Shown: piece by piece, positions 1-12,649 of the stretch
Layout: every line of letters starts with the position of its first letter
How positions within the stretch are numbered: position 1 is the stretch's first letter
Assembly: GCA_002269645.1 (NCBI GenBank)
Contig: NIVC01002273.1
Coordinates: 1 to 64,000, forward strand
Length of the DNA: 64,000 nt
From: Macrostomum lignano
Lineage: Eukaryota
Direction of reading: 5' to 3'
Translations under genes and position numbers: made by a program
The notes under the pieces: model-generated
What the model saw: only the letters and a program-made list of their open reading frames with translations
Told to the model about the DNA's origin: nothing
Database searches by the model: none

Positions 1-130
1 AATCTAGCCAGCATCACAGATGAAGGAATAGAGTGGATGGCTAATCTAGCCAGCATCACTGATGAAAGGAATAGAGTGGATGGCTAATCTAGCCAGCATC
101 ACTGATGAAGAATAGAGTGGATGGCTAATC
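1..130. repeat. ~42-bp tandem repeat (3 copies, cut by window start)
   Basis: Unit aatctagccagcatcac(a/t)gatgaaggaatagagtggatggct repeated directly. Confidence 0.9.
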
Positions 131-615
131 TATCGTCTCGGCAGTAAGATCATATCAATTTAATATGGCAACTAGTTAATCTCGGCTCAGATGAAGAGGA
201 TCTGAGGCTCAACTCCGTGAGATATATTGATATCACAATGATTTTGTTTTTTTGACAGATAGTCCAGCATGGCAGAGACATTTTCCACTCGCTTAGCCAG
301 TCGATTAGCAGTTTCTAATAAAGCAAGCTGGCTGTAATTTCACTCTAGGCAAGCTTCTAAAGCCTTCATTGATCGGATACTGCATGGCCGGTTTGACTGG
401 GATGAGAGATGCGAAGTGAATGTTTCTATCGATTCCCAGAAAGCTAGCAATGGCGCTCGGGCCTGTTATCTAAGATAGTAGTTCTCCTTTGTTACAAATT
501 GTAGTCATGCTATGCTAGTAAGCTGAGAATGGATATAAATTATACAGCTGGTTCTTTCTCGCTTGCATTGACTGGATTTTGAGTCTGCCGACTGCGGCTG
601 TTCCTCACTGACTTC

Positions 616-1560
616 ACGGATCTCCGCTCCCTCTCTCCACGGATCTCCGCTCCCTCTCTCACGGATTTCCGCTCCCTCTCTCCACGGATCTCCCTCTGTC
701 CACGGATTTCCGCTCCCTCTCTCCACGGATCTCCGCTCCCTCTCTCCACGGATCTCCGCTCCCTCTCTCCACGGATCTCCGCTCCCTCTCTCCACGGATC
801 TCCGCTCCCTCTCTCCACGGATCTCCGCTCTCTCCACGGATCTCCGCTCCCTCTCTCCACGGATCTCCGCTCCCTCTCTCCACGGATCTCCCTCTCTCCA
901 CGGATCTCCGCTCCTCTCTCCACGGATCTCCCTCTCTCCACGGATCTCCGCTCCCTCTCTCCACGGATCTCCCTCTCTCCACGGATCTCCGCTTCCTCTC
1001 TCCACGGATCTCCCTCTCTCCACGGATCTCCGCTCCCTCTCTCCACGGATCTCCGCTCCCTCTCTCCACGGATCTCCGCTCCTCTCTCCACGGATTTCCG
1101 CTCCCTCTCTCCACGGATCTCCCTCTGTCCACGGATTTCCGCTCCCTCTCTCCACGGATCTCCCTCTCTCCACGGATCTCCGCTCCCTCTCTCCACGGAT
1201 CTCCGCTCCCTCTCTCCACGGAATCTCCGCTCCTCTCTCCACGGATCTCCCTCTCTCCACGGATCTCCGCTCCCTCTCTCCACGGATCTCCGCTCCCTCT
1301 CTCCACGGATCTCCCTCTCTCCACGGATCTCCGCTCCCTCTCTCCACGGATCTCCCTCTCTCCACGGATCTCCCTCTCTCCACGGATCTCCCTCTCTCCA
1401 CGGATCTCCGCTCCCTCTCTCCACGGATCTCCGCTCCCTCTCTCCACGGATCTCCGCTCCCTCTCTCCACGGATCTCCCTCTCTCCACGGATCTCCGCTC
1501 CCTCTCTCCACGGATCTCCTCTCAATCTCTCCACGGATCTCCTCTCAATCTCTCCACGGA
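616..1560. repeat. CT-rich minisatellite, mixed 23-bp and 18-bp units
   Basis: ctctctccacggatctccgctcc and ctctctccacggatctcc units interspersed; explains the periodic minus-strand ORFs. Confidence 0.95.
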
Positions 1561-2389
1561 TCTTCTCTTCTCTCTATGGATCTGCCTCTCCGCTCCCTCT
1601 CCCAGCCCTGTCAGGAAGGGGCAATGGAATGTGTCTGTATCAATGTTCATCTTAATCCTCCTTGATTAGCCAATTGCAAATCATGCAAATTCCGTATTTT
1701 CTCTTTCACTGAAAAGATTGCTGGCGGCAAGAAGGCAACGAGGCGCCAAAGCTTGACCTATCGGGATCCAATTTTTCTTCAGGCTACCGTTGTCTGGCTA
1801 ACGAAGGCATCAAGCAGGAATGGCTTTTTGGCTTTCTCTCTTCTCCTAGTGACCGCACAGCAAGAGAGACGCGGCAAAATAAATAGGCACTATAGAGTGG
1901 GATTCGGGAGGGCCTATCGTAAATGGCATTTGAGGTGCGACAAATCCCACAGCGACTGTGGTGTTAATTCCTTTCCTCCCTTCTCCCTCACTCTCTCCAT
2001 CTCTTCCCGCACCGTCGGTGGTCTAGGAGAGGTCAAGCCAGAGCAAAGAAATTCGGCTGCCCTAAGGACTCTCTGGTTGGGGACCAATCAAGCCCCATGC
2101 TCCACCCCGCTGCTCCGGCTGAGGCAATCTAATTGTCGGAGATTCTGTTAGACCTCCCCTGCTCCCTGGCCTGCCGCCCTCGGGGCTGACGCTCTGGCTT
2201 GAAAGCTTGCCAGATATTTTGTCCTGCAAGTCTCTTCATTGCTCTTCTTCGTGTCTCTTCATGTCCAGCTGTATGCATTGCTGAGGTTATTAGCTTAATT
2301 AGAATTATTGCGGCAATTATGGATTTGCTTCAGGTGGGGAAGAAAAATGAGATCCGTACCTCGTATGGAGTAGATGGGGTTTGAATAGA

Positions 2390-3030
2390 GGTGGAATCAA
2401 TGAGGTTCAGGTATGGCTGGGATCAATGAGGTGTAAGTAGGGCTGGGATCAATGGGGTTTAGTTAAGACTGGGATCAGTGAGGTTCAGGTAGGGCTGGGA
2501 TCAGTGAGGCTCAGGTAGGGCTGGGATCATGGGTGAGGCTCAGGTAGGGCTGGGATCAGTGAGGCTCAGGTAGGGCTGGGATCAGTGAGGCTCAGGTAGG
2601 GCTGGGATCAGTGAGGTTCAGGTAGGGCTGGGATCAGTGAGGCTCAGGTAGGGCTGGGATCATGGGTGAGGCTCAGGTAGGGCTGGGATCAGTGAGGCTC
2701 AGGTAGGGCTGGGATCAGTGAGGCTCAGGTAGGGCTGGGATCAGTGAGGTTCAGGTAGGGCTGGGATCAGTGAGGCTCAGGTAGGGCTGGGATCAGTGAG
2801 GTTCAGGTAGGGCTGGGATCAGTGAGGCTCAGGTAGGGCTGGGATCAGTGAGGTTCAGGTAGGGCTGGGATCAGTGAGGCTCAGGTAGGGCTGGGATCAG
2901 TGAGGCTCAGGTAGGGCTGGGACAAGTGAAGCTCAGGTAGGTTGGGACAAGTGAGACTCAGGTAGGTTGGGACAAGTGAGGCTCAGGTAGGCTGGGACTA
3001 GTGAGGCTCAGGTAGGTTGAGACCAGTGAC
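2390..3030. repeat. 26-bp minisatellite
   Basis: Unit gggctgggatcagtgaggctcaggta, about 24 copies, ending ~55 bp before the first Ig exon. Confidence 0.95.
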
Positions 3031-3085
3031 GTCAATAAGATGTTGATTCCACTGTCAATCACCCATGAGCCGCTAATTCCCGCAG

Positions 3086-6000
3086 AGCCGCCCAGAATCC
3101 TGACCCAGCTGCAGCCGAGTTTCTCAGTGCAACGTCACTCAAAAATTCGGCTGACCTGCACCGTGACAGGCCGGCCATCCCCGGACAACATGTGGCTGCA
3201 CAACGGTCGCCGGGTGCTGAACGAGAACGGGGTCAGCGTGTCAAGGTCGGGCACCCTGACGATTGAGCGAGTCACGGAGCGGCACGCCGGCCTGTACGAG
3301 TGCCTGGCGAGGAACAAAGTCGGAGAGGCGAGGGCGCACACGGCACTGCTGATTGATGGTGCGCGAATCCTGCTCACCACTGCTGCTTTTGCGAATATTA
3401 GCTGCGATGACTCCATGAGAGCCAACCCGCACGGCACAGAGAGTGTACATGTCTGACGATTAGAAAGTTAGGGGCGCTGTACACTCCGTGTGAGCGTGTG
3501 TATGAGCGCGTGCCTGCGTACAGTGTTGGCACGCTTTTATGTGCTCAGAATTCAACGGAATGGGCGGAATTGCCTCACCGTCTTGGTTGTGGGCCGATGT
3601 CGTCGAAGGCGTTGCGGCAGAGTGGCCACAACCCTTTATAGTTTTTATTAGGCTCGAGTTAAGAGATCACTACTAAAGAGTAGCAAGGAAAGAATTTGAA
3701 CCCAAATCCATCATATAGTCTTTGCAATATACAGTTGCACACTGATATAGTTAAACAGAACTTCCAACGCGTGCTTTCACGGCTTTCACGGTTGAGGTCC
3801 CGGCTCCTTGGCTGAGTTTGTCCGAAATTGTCAGAACTTGTCCGAACAATTTTTCTTGTGACTATCAGAGAAACTGTTACTAAAACTACTTGTAGTACTA
3901 TTCGATTACGGAAGCTGCTAAAATGTAAGCCAGTAAGTTATAATGAACACTTTACTAAGATCTGCAGATTTGCACATTTAGAGAAAGCATAGTGCAAAAG
4001 TGGCGATTCATGAAATAACAAACCCCAGACTAAGAGCGAAAATCATGTAAAAAATGGGAGAACAATGCATTCAATGCATTGTCAGTGCATTTACTCAGCT
4101 TAGATCTGTTTTCCATCGCCCGCCGCGCAGGCGGTCCCGGCCGATACTCGCTCGAACTTCCGTCGAACATCACGCGGCGCCAGCGCCAGCGCGCCGAGTT
4201 GTCATGCGCCGCCGCCTATCCCGCCACGTCTGCCCACGAGCCGATCTGGCTGAAGAACGGCAAAGACGTCCACCTGCTGCCCGAGCTGCTCCACAGATTC
4301 CTGATTGAGAACGGCTCTTTGATCCTGCCGACAGTGCTGAGTACCGACTCCGGATTGTACACCTGCCAGACCAGATTGAAGACTCAACTTGCGTCAAGTC
4401 GGAGAAGCTCCTCAGTCTACCTGAACGTCGTCTACCAGCCGCAGTTTCCTGGCGGCCTGCAGCGGACACAGATTCTCACGGCTGGCCGGCCAGGGGCTGT
4501 GGAGTGTCCGGCCCGCTCTAACCCGCCTCCGGACGAGGTGCGCTGGACGCACAACTACAGCCAGGCCGGGCACAGCGCGGGCCGGCTGCTCCGCCTGCTG
4601 CCAACGGTGGAGCCGCGACACGCCGGGGTGTGGAAATGCCACGCCAGAAACCGGCTGGGATGGGGCAGCTGGAGTCCCGAGCTCAGAGTCTCCGTGCACG
4701 GTTAGCGCTTGTAATGTTGTACTGTACTTGGCTGGTTGACAGGGCTGATCCTTACTTCCTTCTTTCCTTCTTCATATCTTCCTTTTTTCCTCAATTTCTA
4801 CTCTCAGTAGTAGGATTGAACAGCGTCTCCGCCACAAACTTGGACCCCGCAGGGCAGCCAAACGCCGATCTGAGCGGCGGCGGCAACTCGCAAATCCAGC
4901 AGATGGCCGGCACCGACTGCGTCATCTTCTGCGCCTCAGCCGACCCGGTCAATCCGACTGGATCGTCGGCTACGCCATTCGCCGTCCAGTGGTTCAAGGA
5001 TGACAAGCCGATCAACTTTAGCGCAGTCGACGAAGGTCGAATTCGACTCAGCGACAACGGCCGGTTGCTGAGCATCGAACGGCTAGCACCGAAGGACTCC
5101 GGTAGATATCAGTGCCGAGCTGATGCTAACTACGGCGGCGGCGGCGGCTACTCGCTGACGCAGCTGCTGGTGGAAACTGCAGCGCGGCGACCGCCGTACA
5201 ACCTCAGCTTGGCGATTCGCCGAGGCGGCGGCGGGCTGTCCGCTCAGCTGGCCTGGAATCCCGGCTACGATGCCCGGGGCCAGCTCAACTACGTTGTGTG
5301 GTTCCGAGCGATTGGCCAGACCGGTCGATGGAGTACAGTTAGGCAAGATTGGGCCGCTGTTTATAGCTATAGATACCGCTGTTTATGTTCAAAGCGAGGT
5401 GCAGCACCATCCAGCTTATTCATATCACTATACGCTGCAAGAGGGGTTGTAGTCTAAGTGATTAGAGCGTCGGGATCATGATAGAAAAATCGGCGGTTTA
5501 ACTCTGCATCACTTCAGTTCACCCAGCTGTAAAATGGGTGCCAGCATTAGCTGGGGTAATTGAGGGTGCGTGTGGCGACCCCCCAGTCCTTGGACTGAAC
5601 AGCCATACTTCAGATTCGCTGCACAATAGCTGCGGCTGAGCTGTCGGTTGCACATTGCCCATTGCACATTGGTGTAGTCAATTATTATTTATTATTATGC
5701 TGCTAGAATGGAATGGGGATCACTACAGAGATAGGATTTCGATTAATCTGCACCCATCACCGGGTCCCAGTGGGATCCCTTGACTTGGGTGGTCCGAAGA
5801 CGCAGCGGGGAGGCGAGCGTCGCCCATTCCGCTAATCCCTGAGAAGCTCGCATAGGCTAGGGCGTGGGGCCGGTCCAAGGACTACTATGCGTTACTTTAG
5901 TTGTCCTTGGGCCGGTCAGGGAGGTCTGCCGGGCCTGTCTGCAGCGTGGTCTTCGGTGGGGAGGACGGAGGCTCGTTTGGTATCCCGGAAGAACCGGATG

Positions 6001-8140
6001 AGCCGTGGGATGTTGTCGGGCTGGCAGGCATCGTCCAGGGACGGGTTGGGCCCGATGGAATGTAGATGGTCACAGTTGAAGGCCGGGCAGTAGCAAACGA
6101 AGTGCTTAGTGTCTCTGTTCTCGAGGTTGCAGAAGGGACAGAGTTAACTCCGGCAGACGCCTCGGAGGAAACAATGCCTGGCAAAGCAACCGTGAGCTGT
6201 GAAGTTCACACAGTGAGAGCGCGGATATATTTTGGATTTTGGTTCAAAAGGATTCTCCGCAGCTTGAGGGACGGGTTGGGCACTGCCACTCGGGATGGGC
6301 AACAGTCGGGAATGCCGTCCCATCTGTGTAGGTACAGGGTTAATGACCGCGGCGGGAATGGGGCCAGAGGCACGGGGCCAAGGAGCGAGCTGGAACTACC
6401 CGTCTACCCGGGATCCCACCAACCGCTTCGATTTAGACCAAAATTCTCAGCTTTGTTGATTGCACAACTCCCGTGACTCTCTCTCAAGAACTACGAGCTT
6501 ATTGTTGACAGGGTGCCGATCCCCGGCTTCACTCGGGTGCGCGTCCTGGGCCTGCAGCCGCACACCAGTTACGAATTCTACGTCTCAGCCGTGAGCAGCA
6601 ATGGTCATCAACTGCAGAGCGAGCGCCGCTACGCAGCCACCGGCAGCGTCTCGGACGTCAGCAAGGACGAAGCAGCGGATGATGACCGCCTGCCGAAGCC
6701 GCTGCCGCCGAGGCCGCCCATTCTGCTGACGCTCCAGCTTGGCAGCAGAGTAGGCAACAGCGGCGGTGGGGACGTCTGGCTGAGCTGGGAAGAGCAAGAG
6801 CCGTCTACAGACGGTGGCGGCAACTATTCGGGAGGTCCAGTGCAGTACTACACAGTGCAGTACATCAGCGGTGCGCAAAGGCTATGAAATTCGTCAAGTT
6901 TGGGTGTATCCATGTCATGACGGGGTGGTTGCACAGAGTTGGGGTGGTTGCGCAGAGTTGGGGTGGTTGCACAGAGTTGGGGTGGTTGCACAGAGTTGGG
7001 GTGGTTGCACAGATTTTGGGTGGTTGCACAGAGTTGGTGTGTTGCCCAGAGTCGGGGTGGTTGCACAGATTTTGGGTGGTTGCACAGAGTTGGGGTGTTG
7101 CACAGATTTTGGGTGGTTGCACAGAGTTGGTCATCTGTGCAACGTCGAGATGTCCAAAAAAATCGAATCCCTCAGACTCCGCTGACGCAGACAAGTGGCG
7201 CGATCTCGAACTGGTGACACCACCAGAGAGCAGGAATCGTCACAGACTGCTGGCTCTTGGCAGTCGTCGACTCGCTCGCCTCGGCGCCAGTGCACCAGGA
7301 AAAATTCGACTCAGAATGCTGGCCTGCAGCTGGCTGGCCTGCAGTCTGCCTAGCAACTATCTGACGCTGGATCTAGCAATGCTGTCTAACGGTAAGAGTT
7401 CACTAAAATAATTCAATCATGCTACTGGTCTACTATTCGCAAGTAGTTTGGTAACCAATATTTATTGCTAAATTTAATAAACAAAACTCTCAGCAGGCAC
7501 AATTCTGGCAGCAAGCTCCAGTTCCGACGGTTCATCGGCGTCCGCCGCTGCTGCAGCCACCACCGTCATCTGGCTGTCACTGGGAGTCGCCGCCGCGGTT
7601 GCCGCCAGCTGCGGAGTGGCTGCTTTCGTTGTCGGTGCAGTCGCAGCAGCCTGGCGCCGACGCAGGAGACGCCGTCGTCTCGGCTGCAGCAGAAGTGGCT
7701 CGAGCGGCGCCGGCGGCGAGGTGGTCAGCGTCCACCAGGAGGATCTGGACAGCGTGGAGGATCCAGACGAGGCCATAATTGGTCGCGGACCGACGCGACG
7801 CCAGCAGCAGCAGCAGCAGAAGCAGCAACACCAGCAGCGGCGGAAGCTGCAGCGCTTGCATCGAAGGCTGCAGAGGCGACTGCAGCTGGCCAGGGCCGGG
7901 AGATCCGGCGAGGCTTCGACCGCTGCAACTGCGGATGAGGAAGTCGACGGTGTGGCGGTCAGTCTGAAAGAATTTCCACGCTATTCAAAGCCAGCGCAGG
8001 TGACCAGTAACTTTGTTAACCGTGACAATCAATTGCAGGACCGGGTACCCGATGAGGCCTCAATCTGCCTGACCAGTTTTGACATACGTGAGTCTGGAAG
8101 CACTCCTACACAGGCATACGAGTACACAGAAGGACGCTAA
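3086..8140 (+). CDS. tutl: Turtle/IGSF9-like immunoglobulin-superfamily type I membrane protein (4 Ig visible + 2 FN3 + TM + cytoplasmic tail); 5' exons not found
   Basis: Exons with phase-compatible AG/GT sites: 3086-3358 (Ig, LTCTVTGRPSP..W..GLYECLARN), 4131-4700 (two Ig, PIWLKNG..SGLYTCQ and ECPARSNPPPDEVRWT..GVWKCHARN), 4808-5337 (Ig VQWFKDD..DSGRYQC plus FN3 start LAWNPGYD), about 6489-6870 (FN3 end GLQPHTSYEFYVSAV plus second FN3; acceptor uncertain, 6489 or 6512), 7176-7391, 7497-8140 (TM TVIWLSLGVAAAVAASCGVAAFVVGAVAAAW followed by poly-Arg). CPxRSNPP and WxPGYD match my recollection of IGSF9/turtle; orthology is less certain than the domain call. Confidence 0.8.
3410..3615 (+). mobile_element. 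Diverged fragment of tRNA-derived SINE family B
   Basis: ttaggggcgctgtacactccgtgtgagcgtgtg matches the reverse complement of 10440-10570 and the + strand of 15950-16060. Confidence 0.65.
5443..5698 (+). mobile_element. tRNA-derived SINE family A copy (internally deleted)
   Basis: Head ggggttgtagtctaagtgattagagcgtcgg, core cttcagttcacccagctgtaaaatgggtgccagcattagctggggtaattgaggg, (att)n tail; matches 16370-16671 in reverse. Confidence 0.85.
6920..7130. repeat. 20-bp intronic minisatellite
   Basis: Unit gggtggttgcacagagttgg fills most of intron 6871-7175. Confidence 0.9.
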
Positions 8141-8160
8141 ATCTGCTTTTCAGCTTTCTA

Positions 8161-8779
8161 CTAGAAATCTAGTGCCCCCCCTTCGGGGCGCCCAATAAGC
8201 AAGGAGCAAAAATTATTCATGCAATTCCATTTAAAAAGCACATTTTCTTAAGAACCGATTCTTTCTTCATCATTAATCGAATCGAATCACCTTATTCGAT
8301 TAAAATTGTCATGGACAAAGATTCTTGCTATGAATCTCTTGCTTCGAAAAGTAACAAACGGACACAACAAAGTAAAGCCCTCACAAAGATAAGAGGCATT
8401 CCCCATAAATCAAAAGCATCCCCCAGACTGCAAGCATCCTCCCAAATAGCAAGCACCCCCAGATAGCAAGCATCCCTCAGATAGCAAGCATACCTCAGAT
8501 AGCAAGCACCCCCAGATAGCAAGCACCCCCAGATAGCAAGCATCCCTCAGATAGCAAGCATCCCTCAGATAGCAAGCATCCCTCAGATAGCAAGCATCCC
8601 TCAGATAGCAAGCATCCCTCAGATAGCAAGCATCCCTCAGATAGCAAGCATCCCTCAGATAGCAAGCATCCCTCAGATAGCAAGCATCCCTCAGATAGCA
8701 AGCATCCCTCAGATAGCAAGCATCCCTCAGATAGCAAGCATCCCTCAGATAGCAAGCATCCCCCAGATATACCTGTATC
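8161..8779 (-). mobile_element. Non-autonomous Helitron-like element carrying an 18-bp minisatellite
   Basis: On the minus strand: GC hairpin gccccgaagggggggc followed by actagatttCTAG|T, a Helitron 3' signature. Internal array (agatagcaagcatccctc)n at 8415-8770. No clear 5' TC end. Confidence 0.65.
8415..8770. repeat. 18-bp minisatellite
   Basis: Unit ccctcagatagcaagcat; the same family occurs inverted at 45520-46140. Confidence 0.95.
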
Positions 8780-9714
8780 CAGAAGGACGCTAAATCTGCT
8801 TTTCAGCTTTCTTTTAGAAGCAAGGACCACTAGCGGTATAGCAGTATATGCTGCTAGTGGTCCTTGAGTAGGAGCGTAATAAATTCATAATATTTCACCT
8901 TCTGGACTTTAAAACTCCAAATTGAGGCAAGTATGTTTTTTATGGCACGATTTTCGAGTTCAGCACCCTTCCGCTTCAGCTTTTCATGTCAAGCGCTTGA
9001 AATTTGTAATTAAAACTGTCAAGAATGGGGAGCCGTTAATCCTACTCTATAAAGGTATGCGAGTCAAATTAATCGCCTTCCAAATCGTTTCAGGTCACAG
9101 TCTCGAGACAAACGACTCTTGATCCACGCCGTGCATCAGCAGTTGCGATTCAAAGTTATTATTTTAGACATTTCTATGTTTGTCTTTTTCTACAATTGTA
9201 CTGATAATTTACATGGTATATACTACTAGTATGCAAGTAGTGTAACTTTAGTAGTTTTTCCTGATTTCCAAGAAAGTGTGACTCCTAAATCGCGCTTAGT
9301 GACTATTTCGAGAGTAGTCACAGCTAATAGATAACTATTTTCAGTCGTAGCATACAGAGACATTGTATCCATGCACTTTTAATTGAAATTCTAAAGCCAT
9401 TCGAGACACACGTCAAACATTTCAATCATTTTCTAAATACAACAGTTTTAAAAGCACTCAATGGAACTGGTTGAGACACATTGTCGCAGACGTCCGTCAC
9501 AAAGCTCAGGTTTTTTCTTAATTTAAACTCTTGGTACAAAGCAAAGATTTAAAATTAACATTACGAGCGTAAACTCTGCGATGTTTCAACAAATCTAACA
9601 AAATTTCTGGTGATATCGTAGCATGCTTGTTATGTTCAGAATTAAAATATAAGCCCGTGATTGAAAAATAATCATTGAAATTTTATGAGCCCCGATCATT
9701 TTTCGATTCACAGG

Positions 9715-10055
9715 TCCCCCTGTCTCATTCGTTGGCGCCCCTATCTCATAGTTGGCGCCATTATCTCATTGGTTGGCGCCCCTGTCTTATGGTTTGCGGC
9801 CCCTACCCCTGTCTCATGGTTTGCGGCCCCTACCCCTGTCTCATGGTTTGCGGCCCCTACCCCCCCTGTCTCATGGTTTGCGGCCCCTACCCCTGTCTCA
9901 TGGTTTGCGGCCCCTACCCCTGTCTCATGGTTTGCGGCCCCTACCCCCCTGTCTCATGGTTTGCGGCCCCTACCCCCCTGTCTCATGTTTGCGGCCCCTA
10001 CCCCCCCCCCCCTGTCTCATGGTTTGCGGACCCAACCCCCAACCCTACCCCTGTC
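9715..10055. repeat. ~27-bp minisatellite
   Basis: Unit ccctgtctcatggtttgcggcccctac with variable C runs. Confidence 0.9.
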
Positions 10056-10350
10056 TCGTAGGCCGCTGTATGCCTCGCTCAAGAGGAGGCGAAAGTTGAG
10101 GTCCTGTCATCCGTTGAGCTTGGTTACCTCTTTCTCTTAATTTTTGGAGGCGTGCTACTTTTTAATGCGATGGGGGGCCCCTTCTGCTTGCGCCACTATC
10201 TCTTTCTTGTTAAACGAGGATGGGAAGACGAGGGCAACCCGCGGATCAGCCGCAATATGTAAGGGGCTTATCTACCAGGGGCATATAGCCCAAACAGCCC
10301 ATGCAGGTTGAGACCAGGACTCAAGGCCTGGTGAGAGTGCCTTATTGGAT

Positions 10351-10716
10351 TTTTATCTTTTTTATTAGAGGCAGGGGGTTGTGTGCACCCTGGCGCACTT
10401 TAAGCGACATAGGCACACAACCGGCGAGAGGCATTACTGCCCTTTCCGCCGACTCCCCTGAGCAGGCACACAAGCGCGCGGATACGTACGCAGGCACACA
10501 CTCACACAGGAGTGTACAGCGGCCCTAACTTTATATTGTCGTTAGGCATGTACACTTCACTGCGCCTTGGGGGGGTAGGCTCTCAAGGCCGTTAATTGCA
10601 CGAGCAGAGCCAAGCCGAGATTCCAATTCAGCCCCAAATTAATGACTGCACTTGGAATCGAGCCTGGGTCGCTGGCACACCAGAGCAGCTGCGCTACCGC
10701 TGGGCTACGGCCCCCT
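10351..10716 (-). mobile_element. Full-length tRNA-derived SINE family B with 14-bp TSD
   Basis: Minus-strand head ggggccgtagcccagcggtagcg (A box) ... ggctcgattcc (B box); A-rich tail; flanked by gtgccttattggat at 10337-10350 and 10717-10730. Confidence 0.9.
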
Positions 10717-11475
10717 GTGCCTTATTGGATGCTACAAACCCAAGCCTATGGACTAAGACACCACCAACCCATAGTGGAATCAGGAACGGTGCAAGGACCG
10801 AATCCACCCAAGCCACCCACCAAGGACAAAACCCGAGTGTGCGTGCGAAAAAAATTGGAAAATCTTTTGGAAATCTCTTTCGTGGTACTTCAATCGTACT
10901 ACTCTAAATGGCCAGCGGCCCCTTGTAATTAAGTAAAAAGTATTTAACAAAGTATTTTTACTACGCAAAAGTTCAACAGAACAGCGTGAAGAACCCAGTG
11001 GGACTTTTCCGTCCGCCCCGATGTCCGCCCGCGCCTCCGCTCTTTTTTGGGCGACGGCCGCCCCATGGAGCTACGTGACCTCCGCCCCGGCGTCCGGGGC
11101 GGCGCCGCTGGGCGGAGCCTGATAAAATTTGCTCATGAGCCTACTATTAGTAGTAGAATTAGCACAAATTTCTTTTTTTGCTAATTTCGCTCAGCTTTTT
11201 TCACGATTTTTTTGCTCTCTGGATTTTTTCGATTTCGGGATATTAGCGATCCTTGGCTTCGTAATTGAGGCTATTAGAATAATTAAAAGACTTGTTCGCT
11301 TCATTTTGTTCCTGCTGGTGCAGGCAACTCCGTAATGTATATTTAAGTCATAGTTCGCGTATTGAATTATTTGCAAGTATTTTAAGGCATTACAGCATTT
11401 TATAAGTAAGCGCAACAATTCTTGAAAAAGAAATTACAAATGAATATTAGCAAAATCAGGAGTGAAGTGCGTCGG

Positions 11476-11669
11476 CAGGGGTGGATTAAGGGGGCATTGG
11501 GACAGCCGCCCCCTCTTAAAATAGCTTGATAAAACATATTGTGCCCCAAGAACCTAAGTTGGCGCCCCTAAGCTTGATTTTCGCTCCCAGCACACATTTT
11601 CGCGCCCCTAGCTTAAAAATTGGCGCCCCACACTTGAACCCCCTAAAATGAAATTCTAGATCCGCCACT
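11476..11669. mobile_element. Possible MITE with ca(g/t)tggcggatc-type ends
   Basis: caggggtggatt ... gatccgccact; ends resemble those of 30166-30697; no TSD seen. Confidence 0.45.
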
Positions 11670-12649
11670 TCGAGTCGGTTGTTAACTTTCCCCCACTTCA
11701 GCCAGCAACAGTAGCGGCCCGTGCAACGATCAAAGTTTTTAAGCAAATATGGGAGCAAATAGCGATGTGAGGTCCTTCACCCTATTTTACCGACTTGAAA
11801 CCCCGGACCTATGCATAACTAAGCAGCAACTCTTCTAAGCTGATTATCTTACAAAAAGCACCTTAATTAGCCTAGGCTTTGACATTTCTGATACTATTTT
11901 AACTATATTAAGCATTTAATTGTTACTGTAGTCGGAGGGACATCGGAACTCATCGTCACTCGAACCCATCAAATCATCCATTTCTCGAACAGCTTTGTTC
12001 ACATTCGCACTGCGGCGCTTTGCTGCCCTCTGCTGCTGAGAAGGAGCTGGCCGCTTCTGGGCCCGCTGCGGCGTAGCAGATGAGGTGGCCTGCGAAAGCC
12101 CGCTGGCTTGTGGAGTCGAGGCTGCGCTTCTTGCGCTGATTGAATTTGAAGGCGTCATGGCACCAATTGTGTTGCGGCGATGCGACCGCCCCGAGATCCG
12201 GTCAGCTCCGTGCCTCAGGTACTGCCGCACTTGGCTAGCGACCAGATCCTGGAATAGACAGAGAAGCGAACCGGTTTCACGGGCAACAACTACCAGCCTG
12301 GATCAATAGCCATACCGGAGCGCTGATGAAAAATCTCCCCTATTGCTAGCTACCCAGCCCAAACCTTCACGTGACCTTAAACCGCAGCTGGGCATAGCCA
12401 TGGCTGTAGTGAATGCAACCTTTGGGCTGCCCTCTTTCCAAAAGGAAGAATTTGCAAAAACAAAAAATTGGGCGGGAAAAACACGTTGAAGGAATGGGGG
12501 GCGCATGCAGGAGATGAAGCAGGCTGTATTTGTTGGAAAGCGAAAATTACTCCGGCTTAAGTGCAAAAACTATTTCTGGGCTTATGGCATAGCTTGAAGA
12601 TGTTGCACTAAGTTGGTGCCAAAGGGATTTGCTGATTCGAAAATTTGCA

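Noticed and set aside
505-1534. Long periodic ORFs over minisatellites (also 12582-13235, 32118-33323, 39344-40738, 56580-57054, 61056-61858, 62469-63983)
   Set aside because: They are open in several frames and on both strands because the repeat units lack stops. They lie in introns or intergenic DNA and show no protein motif.
130-2380. Decayed coding-like sequence or missing 5' exons of the Ig gene
   Set aside because: All frames examined carry stops, and no signal peptide, Ig or transposon motif was recognisable.
11916-12230. 104-aa minus-strand ORF with an acidic end
   Set aside because: Low complexity, no family match and no convincing splice partners.
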